A DNA stretch of 64,000 nucleotides. It comes from Octopus vulgaris (lineage: Eukaryota). The stretch is from positions 2,790,001-2,854,000 of the forward strand of contig OX597820.1 in the NCBI GenBank assembly GCA_951406725.2, given 5' to 3'. The notes under the pieces are model-generated. The model was given only the letters and a program-made list of their open reading frames with translations, ran no database searches and was not told the DNA's origin. How positions within the stretch are numbered: the first letter of the stretch is position 1; every line of letters begins with the position of its first letter. Shown here piece by piece: positions 53,349 to 64,000 of the stretch. The position numbers and the translations under genes were made by a program.

Positions 53349-54408
53349 ACTGTGAAGACCAATGATCATGGGGTTTGTGGAAACTAAAGCGGGATGTCTC
53401 GGTTATTTATCAGCAGTTGGTAAGCTCTTGTCTCAGATACTAAATCGATTTGGCGATCGATTCGAATGAATATATTGCATGCGATGGAAAAATTAGTTTC
53501 CATCTTCAAGCGAAACTGTTGATATGTTTTTTGCTGTCAGACAACTTCCAGAAAAAAGAGAGAGAAAAAAAAACGGAAACGATTCATTTTCATCTTTATG
53601 ACCTGTTCTTGAAACAGTGCCGAGATCCATCTTACGGAGAAAAGTCTAGAATTCCGATGCCAAAAGCATTTCAACTACACGGCTTAATCACTTCATAGTG
53701 GCAGAAATGTCGAGTGCCGCACTAAGATGAACTGCCTCTTCAATTCAAGACTGTGTACTTGCATTTCTCATGTTTTCAATGAGAGGTGCAAGTACACAGT
53801 CTCTTGTCGGTCCGAGGTTACAATAGATGGCACTTGCCCAAGGTGCCACGCAGTAGGATCCAACTCCAAAGCATGTGACTGGGAAACAAACTCCTCGCCA
53901 CACAGTCGTGTCTGTGCCAAGAAGTCGCGCAATCATCATGTGTGTATGTATATACATATACATCCACACATCCACACACACATGTCCTGGATACGACATT
54001 AAACTGCATTCGATGGGGATGTTCCAGTCCTGGAATTGTGCGGTGATTGGAGACACTCCACAATGACCATTAATCCCAGGTCCGTTCTGACCCGTTGCGG
54101 TAGTCCTTGTCAGGTTACCATTTATGAACTAAATAGCTTTCCCAAGGGCAGAGGGGTCTCCCGTTATATTTGACATAACCGTTGGGTAGGCAGCCGTTGT
54201 AGGAGAAAGATACCCTGATATAAAACTTACAGTGGAAATAGGAGCAGCCATCTTGCAATGCTTGTCATTGGAAACTGTTTTGGCGACCGAGAATATCAAA
54301 GATGTTGCTCAAGCTTTTGTTTCTTTGGGCAAGTGTCTTCTACTATAGCCTCGGATCGACCAAAGCATTGTGAGTGGATTTGGTAGGCGGAAACTGAAAG
54401 AAGTCTAT

Positions 54409-54462
<54 letters not shown>

Positions 54463-54545
54463 GGTCCCGGGTTGATTCGGGGTTAACCACAGTAAATAAG
54501 GTACTCAATACATAGCAGAGTAAAATTAATTTATTATATAGAAGG

Positions 54546-54596
54546 AGCCTCTACAGGACTAGAACTGTTTCATTCAAGAGAAATCTTCAGGAAGCT
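54546..54596 (-). ncRNA. Type I hammerhead ribozyme, left end of fold-back element
   Basis: AGCTTC-CTGAAGA-TTTC TCTT GAAT-GAAA-CAG TTCTAGTC CTG-TA-GAGGCT (one G-U in stem I). Confidence 0.8.
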
Positions 54597-54909
54597 AGTT
54601 AACAAGAATTGCTTTGGCATTTATACATTTAGGCAGGTTTAAAGGGGTGGTGGTGGGGGACTTTTTGGGGGTAGGCATAGCGCAAAATATCATACTTGGG
54701 GGAGTGGTCAAGGAGTCAGTGGTAAATTAGATAAAAGAATAAATAAAAGAATAAAAAAATATATAGAAGAATAGAGTTTTAGGTAAATAAGGAGATTCTC
54801 ACTTATACCTATACACATATGTATACATATATACACACACACACATATACATACACACATACATACACACACACATTTTTATATACACATACATATACAT
54901 ACATATATC

Positions 54910-54957
<48 letters not shown>

Positions 54958-55130
54958 TATGCATATACATATACACACACACATGTATATATACACACAC
55001 GACCACACATACATATACACACAAAAAAATATATACATACACACACATACACATACACACATACACACACATATCCACATACACACACAACACACAAGTC
55101 CCTATATACACATATATACATATACACACA

Positions 55131-55162
<32 letters not shown>

Positions 55163-55551
55163 CATATGTGTACCTATACATACCTACACATACACACGTA
55201 TACATACAAATACAAACCCATTCCCTAATTTTAATTTTATTATCTTCATTTATTACTTTTGTTATCTTTGACCGCTGGTCACAAGCATCTTGGCTACGAC
55301 AGCAAGTCCATTTATCTTTCTACTTGAACACAAGCACTCACTCACGCACGCACACTCACTCACTCATTCGTACACTCATACACATACACGCACGCACGCG
55401 TTATATTCATACATACATACATCTACATACATTCACGTATATACACATACGTACGCGTACCTACAGATTCATGTCTACACTCTTAGAAGACTAGTCTATA
55501 CATATACACCAATAAATATATATACACACATACATATACACCTACATACAA

Positions 55552-55584
<33 letters not shown>

Positions 55585-55711
55585 CGTATATATACATACA
55601 TACACCCATACATACATACATATATACACATACACACACCCACATGTATACATATACATACATATACGCGCATGCATACACACACATATACATACACATA
55701 CACATATACAT

Positions 55712-55760
<49 letters not shown>

Positions 55761-56057
55761 CATACATATACATACATACATATACATATATACACACACA
55801 CATACATACACATATACACATACACGCACATACACATATACATGCGTACCCATACACACACACACACACGCGCATCCATCTATACACATAAGTACACACA
55901 TGCGTAAAAGTATACATATATCTATGCTTACACATACACACACACACGCGCCTCCTTATGTTCATACTTACATGCATACTCAAAAAATAAATAATAAATA
56001 TTAAGTATATATACGTGCAGTTACCTATTATACAGACGGATACATACATATAAACTT

Positions 56058-56108
<51 letters not shown>

Positions 56109-56248
56109 CTACACATATGTACATATACATACACACATACATAACTCTACGTACCTACATATACATAAACACACGAGCGTACACGTATATGTACATATAC
56201 ACATACACATACACACACATATATACATACATACATATACATACACAC

Positions 56249-56309
<61 letters not shown>

Positions 56310-56318
56310 CATATACAT

Positions 56319-56378
<60 letters not shown>

Positions 56379-56502
56379 ATGTATGTGTGTATGTGTATGT
56401 GTGTGTATGCATGCGCGTATATGTATGTATATGTATACGTGTGGGTGTGTGTATGTGTATATATGTATGTATGTATGGGTGTATGTATGTATGTATATAT
56501 AC

Positions 56503-56548
<46 letters not shown>

Positions 56549-56933
56549 TTGTATGTAGGTGTATATGTATGTGTGTATATATATTTATTGGTGTATATGT
56601 ATAGACTAGTCTTCTAAGAGTGTAGACATGAATCTGTAGGTACGCGTACGTATGTGTATATACGTGAATGTATGTAGATGTATGTATGTATGAATATAAC
56701 GCGTGCGTGCGTGTATGTGTATGAGTGTACGAATGAGTGAGTGTGCGTGCGTGAGTGAGTGCTTGTGTTCAAGTAGAAAGATAAATGGACTTGCTGTCGT
56801 AGCCAAGATGCTTGTGACCAGCGGTCAAAGATAACAAAAGTAATAAATGAAGATAATAAAATTAAAATTAGGGAATGGGTTTGTATTTGTATGTATATGT
56901 GTGTATGTGTAGGTATGTATAGGTACACATATG

Positions 56934-56965
<32 letters not shown>

Positions 56966-57145
56966 TATGTGTATATGTATATATGTGTATATAGGGACTT
57001 GTGTGTTGTGTGTGCATGTGTGTATGTGGATATGTGTGTGTATGTGTGTATGTGTATGTGTGTGTATGTATATATTTTTTGTGTGTATATGTATGTGTGG
57101 TCGTGTGTGTATATATACATGTGTGTGTGTATATGTATATGCATA

Positions 57146-57176
<31 letters not shown>

Positions 57177-57497
57177 GTAGATATATGTATGTATATGTAT
57201 GTGTATATATATATGTGTGTGTGTGTTTGTATGTGTGTATGTATATGTGTGTGTGTGTGTATATATGTATACATATGTGTATAGGTATAAGTGAGAATCT
57301 CCTTATTTACCTAAAACTCTATTCTTCTATATATTTTTTTATTCTTTTATTTATTCTTTTATCTAATTTACCACTGACTCCTTGACCACTCCCCCAAGTA
57401 TGATATTTTTGCGCTATGCCTACCCCCAAAAAGTCCCCCACCACCACCCCTTTAAACCTGCCTAAATGTATAAATGCCAATACAATTCTTGTTAACT

Positions 57498-57548
57498 AGC
57501 TTCCTGAAGATTTCTCTTGAATGAAACAGTTCTAGTCCTGTAGAAGCT
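57498..57548 (+). ncRNA. Type I hammerhead ribozyme, right end of fold-back element
   Basis: AGCTTC-CTGAAGA-TTTC TCTT GAAT-GAAA-CAG TTCTAGTC CTG-TA-GAAGCT; perfect 6-bp stem I, GUA cleavage triplet. Confidence 0.85.
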
Positions 57549-57553
57549 CCTTC

Positions 57554-57625
<72 letters not shown>

Positions 57626-57712
57626 AGAATTTATGAAAAAAACAAAAGACGAAGACAGGTGGTGTACAAAGCAAACAGATGTATTAGTATAACGCTCAGG
57701 AATAGAAACAGT

Positions 57713-57748
57713 CTTTTACGTTTCGAGCCTACGCTCTTCAACAGAAAG
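57713..57748 (-). ncRNA. Minimal hammerhead-like motif (CTGTTGA core variant)
   Basis: CTTT-CTGTTGA-A-GAGC GTAG GCTC-GAAA-CG-TA-AAAG. Confidence 0.55.
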
Positions 57749-58765
57749 GGACACAGAAAAAACAAGGTGAGTGTGTAGTGGCTAATGATCTATCATGGCG
57801 ATGTTTGTGCGTCAGTGTTTGTCCCCCCGCCATCTCTTGACAACCGATGTTGGTGTGTCTGCGTCCCCGTAACCTAGCGATTCGGCAAAAGAGCCCGATA
57901 GAATAAGTACTAGGCTTGCAAAGAATAAGTCCTGGGGTCGATCTGTTCGACTAAAGGCGGTACTCCAGCATGGCCACAGTTAAGTGACTGAAACAAATAA
58001 AAGAACATATATATGAACATATATATATATACACACACACACACATGCATACATGCATATGTATGTATGTATGTATGTATGTATTTTATGTATGTATGTA
58101 TGTATGTATGTATGTATGTATGTGTGTATGTATGTATTTTATGTATGTATGTATGTATGTATGTATGTATGTATGTGTGTATGTAGCCTTTCCTTCTTGG
58201 GCCCTGAACACCTGATATACATATACACGCGTATACATACAGTCCGCCCCTTACATACATATACTGTAATCCGTCGACTATCGCGGGTGTTACGTTCCAA
58301 AACCCCCCGCGATAGGTGAAAATCCGCGAAGTAGAAACAGTACTGCACTGTGTATATATTCTTTTCTTTTACTTGTTTCAGTCATTTGACTGCGGCCATG
58401 CTGGAGCATCGCCTTTAATCGAGCAACTCGACCCCGGGTCTTATACTTTTGTAAGCCCAGTACTTATTCTATCGGTCTCATTTGCCGAACCGCTAAGTAA
58501 CGGGGACATAAACACACCAGCATCGATTGTCAAGCAATGCTAGGTGGACAAACACAGACACACAAATGCATATATCTATATATATATATATATATACATA
58601 TATACAACGGGCTTCTTTCAGTTTCCGTCTACCAAATCCACTCACAAGGTTTCGGTCGGCCCGAAGCTATAGCAGAAGACACTTGCCCAAGGTGCCACGC
58701 ATTAGGACTGAACCCGGAACCATGTGGTTGGTAAACAAGCTACTTATCACACAGCCACTCCTACG

Positions 58766-58812
<47 letters not shown>

Positions 58813-60387
58813 AAGTTATTTTAATAATTTGTATATATTTATTTCATTATAAAAGCAAAACAATATTACGGAGGCATCGACATAAGCTTAAACAATAAAC
58901 CGCGATGTGGCGAGGGATGACTGTATTGTGACATAAGGACTCGATGTGGTCGGGGGACTTCATCGGTCCTTCTAGTTTAACCAGGCAACTAGAGGCATGA
59001 TCGTGTGGTTAAGAAGCTCTCTTTGCAACCGCCCGGTCTCGGGTTCGGCCCCACTGCGCCGCGCCGACTAATGCCTTGAGATTGTATTTGATTGATAGAA
59101 ACTGAATGGAACTAGGCAGAAAGCTGGGGGGGGGGGGGCAGAGCCTTGAAGAATTTTTAGTCGAATCAATTGACCCTAATACTTATATTTCAAGTTTGAT
59201 ACTAATCCTGTCGATCACTTTTGCCGAATTGTTAAATTACAGGGACGTAAACACACCAACACCAGTTATCAAGCGGTGGTGGAAGACAAGACTCTCTCTC
59301 ACACACACACACACACACACATAGATATCTATGTATATATACGACGGGCTCTTTTCGGTTTCCGTTGCCTAAATCCATTCACAAGGCTTTGGTTGACCCA
59401 AGGCTATAGCAGAAGACATTTGCTCAAGGTGCCACGCAGTGGGACTGAACCCGGAACCATGTGAATGAGAAGAAAGTTTCATACCACACAATGTGTGTGT
59501 GTGTGTGTGTGTTTGTCCCCCTACCACCTGACAATCGGTGTTGGTTCGCTTACGTCTCCTATCCAATTGAGACAGATAAAATAAGTGCCATACTTAAAAA
59601 ACAGTTACTGGCGTCGACTTGTTTGAGTAAAACCCTTCAAAGCGGTGCCCCAGCATGGCCGCGGTTCAATAACTAAAACAAACAAAAGATTAAAGATAAA
59701 AGACACCTTGACTATTGTTGTTGTTGTTGTTGTTGAGGTCAGGCTAGACCAGGCTGAGCAGATCCATGATCAAAACCAATCTATCCATGACCATCGATCC
59801 TTTCAGATAATAGTTTATAGCATTCTACAATGTCCAGTATGTCCGTTGTTGTTTTAAAGACAGCAGAATGAGACAAAGAGACAATTGCCTGCTGTTTCTT
59901 GCAGGTCAGGTCAAGCAACTTTGATTAAACAGGGGAAATAGAAAATATTTCGTCTTGATTAAAGGGCAATCTAACCGTGACCATCTATGTTTCTTTTTCA
60001 AGTGTAGTTATCGCATGCTCTATTACAAAATATATATTTTTTAGACTCTAGAATGATATCGACGGTAAAATGGCTACTATTTTGAGAGACTTTGATTAAA
60101 CAGGTATAAACATAAGATTATGCCTTTTTTTGTTTTACCGGGCAGGATCGTGGTTTTAAGAAACTTGCTTTACAAATCAACAAGCACGTGGTTTCCGGTT
60201 GAATTCCACTGCGTGATACCTTAAGCAAGTACCTTCTACCATAGCCCTGGGTCGACTAATGCTTTGTGAGTGAATTTCATAGTTGGAAACTGTGGAAATC
60301 CGCCGTGGGTGTGTGTAACATATGGTATAATTATATACAAGGTAAATTTTAGCCATTTCTCCGCAGACTGAAAGAAAATGATGAACA

Positions 60388-60430
60388 ACCTTAATCGATT
60401 TTCGTACCTTCTTAGGTTCTCATCAGAGGC
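60388..60430 (-). ncRNA. Minimal hammerhead with palindromic stem III
   Basis: GCCT-CTGATGA-GAACCT AAGA AGGTAC-GAAA-ATCGAT-TA-AGGT. Confidence 0.75.
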
Positions 60431-60505
60431 GTCCACATCATTTTGACAATCACGAGAGAAACAAGCAGCCAAACTGTTCATATACTCAACAAATGCAGCA
60501 GTTAC

Positions 60506-60750
<245 letters not shown>

Positions 60751-60856
60751 TAATCCAAACAAGAAAACAAAAAAACAAAAAAAACAACAACGCAAGGATG
60801 TGGAACAAATAAAGCCATTGTCTATCAAGACAGACGGGGATAAAGAATAAAGAAAA

Positions 60857-60908
<52 letters not shown>

Positions 60909-61050
60909 TGTATATACAGAAGGGTCCCCATGAATAGACGAAAGCGTTAATAAACGATTATCCAAAATTCCGACTGACCCCTTTTTCTTAATATACAATA
61001 TCGGTACATCACTTCAAACACTCTCTACATACATGTAATTAATTCCTAGC

Positions 61051-61101
61051 GATATCTGAAGAAGGAATTTTTGTATTCCGAAATATTATTATTATTATAT
61101 C
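61051..61101 (+). ncRNA. Type I hammerhead motif
   Basis: GATAT-CTGAAGA-A-GGAAT TTTTGT ATTCC-GAAA-TA(TTA)n-TT-ATATC. Confidence 0.7.
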
Positions 61102-61216
61102 AGACTATGGATAATTAAATTACAACAGTTCTTATAGTCCACTCTGTTGTGCCATTCAAGACAGCTTATATTTTACAAACAACACACAATGCTTCAAGCG
61201 AACTACAATACTCCCC

Positions 61217-61287
<71 letters not shown>

Positions 61288-61603
61288 TGTGTGCATGTAT
61301 GTACGCGTATATATATATGTATGTGTGTGTGTGCATATATATATATATATATATATAGTTGCTATTATGTTAAACTGTCGTACGTCCAAATTTGGCCGAA
61401 TGCGTTTTGTTTTTCAATATTTATTCTTGGTTGCGATAGCCTGTTCTTTTGGTCAAACTATCGTATCTCCAACTGCTTCAGATACCAAGATATGAAAAAT
61501 TGTCAAAGTGTAGTACAACGGTTTTGGTATGGAATGGTGAAACTATTTTTTTTCCTGAAAAAGCAACGTTTTGGACTTACGATACTTTTGCATAATAGCA
61601 ACG

Positions 61604-61604
<1 letters not shown>

Positions 61605-61634
<30 letters not shown>

Positions 61635-61950
61635 TGTATGTATGTATGTATGTATGTATGTATGCATGTATGTATGTACGTATGTATGTATTTATGTATG
61701 TATGTATGTATGTATATATGTATGTATGCATGTATGTATGTACGTATGTATGTATGTACGTATGTATGTATGTATGTATGTATGTATGTATGTATGTATG
61801 TATGTATGTATGTGTGTATGTATGTATGTATGTACGTATGTATGTATGTATGCATACATGCATGCATGCATGTATGTATGTATGTATAAATGTATGCATG
61901 CATGTATGTATGTATGTATGTATGTATGTATGTATGTATGTATGTATGTG
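61605..61950. repeat. (TATG)n microsatellite
   Basis: Direct inspection. Confidence 0.97.
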
Positions 61951-62496
61951 TATCATAGTGTATCGGTGTGTATGAACGCAGGTGGCTTAGTGGTTAGTGT
62001 AACCGGCCCACGGTTGTAAGGTTGTGAGTTCGCTTCCCTGCGACGCACTGTGTCCTTGAGCATGACTCTTTATTTCACGTTGCTCCTGTCCCTCATCTGG
62101 CAAAGATGAGTTGTACCCGTATTTCAAAGGACCAGCCTGAATCTCCTTACGGACTATGCGTGTCTGTGGAGTACTCAGCCACTTGCACGTTATTTTCAAG
62201 AGTAGGCTGTTCCGTTGATCGGATCCGCTGGAACACTTATAGTCGTAACCTACGAAGTGCCAGTTTGTGTTTGTGTTGGGCCACCACCATCCCTTGACGA
62301 CCGCTGTTAGTTCGTTTACATCTCTGTAACTTGGCAGTTTGCCAAACGAGAACGATAGAATATGTACCAGAATTTAAAAAATAGGTACTGGGGTAGTTAC
62401 GTTCGACAACACCCTTCAGGACGATGCCCCCAGCATGGCCACAGTCCAATGAGTGAAACAAAAGTCAAGGTAAGAAAACAATGATAAAAACCTTAC

Positions 62497-62568
62497 CTTA
62501 TGCGTAAATTCCTCATAGTCGTAAAATGCCCGAGTTTCAAAAAAATCTACCCAAGAACGCTCACTCAT
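62497..62568 (-). CDS. Orphan type II membrane protein, probable first coding exon
   Basis: ATG...MSERSWVDFFETRAFYDYEEFTHK then a strong donor AAG/GTAAGG; phase 0 joins exon 46708 in frame. Confidence 0.55.
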
Positions 62569-64000
62569 TGTCTGTTATTGGCACCCGTAATTCAATTCTA
62601 ATTTGGTTTTCTACAATCGTGTTGGTCTTTTGAATTCATTCTTTCCATATTTACCTCACTGTTTCCCTTTCTTAGTATATTCCTCTTGAAGTGGAAGCGT
62701 TTCTATTATAACCATTCGATTTGCAGCATTTCTCCGTCAAAATCTCAAACTTTTTTGTTCTGCTTCGCTTCTCGTTTCGTGAAAGTCTTTGTCCGTTTAT
62801 TCTTCTCTTTAACATTTCAGCTACTTTTGTTTATAAACCAGCGCCGTCGACCACACCCAATCAGAGAGTAAGACACGGTGGGCAGATGGAGACTCGTCAA
62901 GACTGCTGGCTATTCTTATTCATTATTTAACTGTACTTTCTACTTTTTCAGTATCATCACGACTGTCGCCTGTCTATTCCCGTAAGTAATTCTTTTGCAG
63001 TTACGTTCTTTTCATACTCCTTCGCATTATCAATTAAAATGGAAGCGTTTAGTTTCACGTTTTTCTTATCATTCAAACCCTCTCCAATTACACATCTACC
63101 CACGACCCTCACACTTCTTCATTCCCTTTCTTTCCTAAACTTCATTCAGCGTTTCCACCCATTTCATTCCTTCTATTCATTTTTTTCTTCTTTCTTTTCT
63201 TCTTGTTTCAAGTCAATATTACTTTATGTAATTATCAAATATGTTTACTATTTTTAACCAAAAGAAAAACACGGTCGATTGTGCATTTAGAATTGTTCAG
63301 TCGTGAAAGCATGTTTTACTTCAGAGAAAACAACAACTGCACCCACACGGGTGGCGACAAGTAGGAAGGGAAATTGCTCAGACGTTGCATCATTTAATCA
63401 ACCGCTGCACCCCAAGATTCATCACGAACTTGAATAAAAATTAATGATTGTGAAGTCAAAACATTTGCTTTGCAACCACGAGGTTTCGGGTTCAGTCCTG
63501 TTGCGAGTATCTTTTGCTATAGCTCCGGGTCGACCAATGTCGAATTTAGTACACGAAAACTGTGTAGAAGCCCATCCTATATATATGCGTGTGTGTGTGT
63601 GTGTGTGTGCAAGTCTTGTCTGTGTTTGTCCCCACACACACACACCCCAGTTGACAATTGTGGTGTTGGTTTGTTTACGTCTCCCTAAGTTAGTGGTTCG
63701 GCGAAATAGGTTGACAGAATAAGTAGCAGACTTGAAGACAAGTTCTAGGCTCCATGTATTTGGCGAAAACCCATCGAGGTGGTGCCTCACTTTGGTCACA
63801 GTTTAGACTGAAACAAGTAAATATATATGTGCGGGTGTATACGTGTGTGTGTGTGTGTGTGTTGTTGCTCTAAAATAACTGTAGGTGGCGTTAACCAGAA
63901 AAGAGAGCGAGGGACTGGCGCCGCTGAAGAGATTTCACCGATTTTTTGCTAAAGCTTCATGGTTGTTATTCATTCAAATAGGAAACGTTTACAATTAATC

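Larger units (their letters stand above)
54460..57561. mobile_element. Non-coding fold-back element: ~1.2 kb inverted arms (~54533-55750 and ~56330-57561), hammerhead at each outer end
   Basis: Unique blocks (54541-54810, 55215-55330, 55470-55520) recur as reverse complements (57290-57555, 56765-56885, 56585-56640); bounded by (TA)n. Confidence 0.9.

Overview
AT-rich, microsatellite- and SINE-saturated animal genomic DNA; the SINE types and simple-repeat load point to an octopus (coleoid cephalopod), by inference. It holds two convergent spliced genes. (1) A complete six-exon COX18 on + (CDS 1739-22844, ~396 aa, all GT-AG phases consistent). (2) An unrecognised type II single-pass membrane protein gene on - (exons 62568-62497, 46708-46516, 44356-44069, 42961-42896 and a probable terminal coding exon 30999-30962) with a poly-Arg/Cys juxtamembrane segment and a Thr/Ser mucin-like ectodomain. 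The rest is mobile DNA: a CR1/L2-type LINE, a Penelope-like element (RT + GIY-YIG), RLE-type LINE pieces, a mariner derivative, Helitrons, MITEs and several SINE families. Most notable: (a) about 13 type I hammerhead-ribozyme motifs of about 7 sequence families, in Penelope termini and short non-coding elements mostly next to simple repeats; (b) a ~3.1 kb ORF-less fold-back element with an outward-facing hammerhead at each end; (c) a tRNA-promoter + hammerhead element; (d) a 26-bp minisatellite just after COX18 exon 3 in which almost every unit is a recursive-splice-site-like CCCCTGCAG/GTAACAG/GTAAAA motif. Nearly all long ORFs in the supplied track are microsatellite or SINE artefacts.
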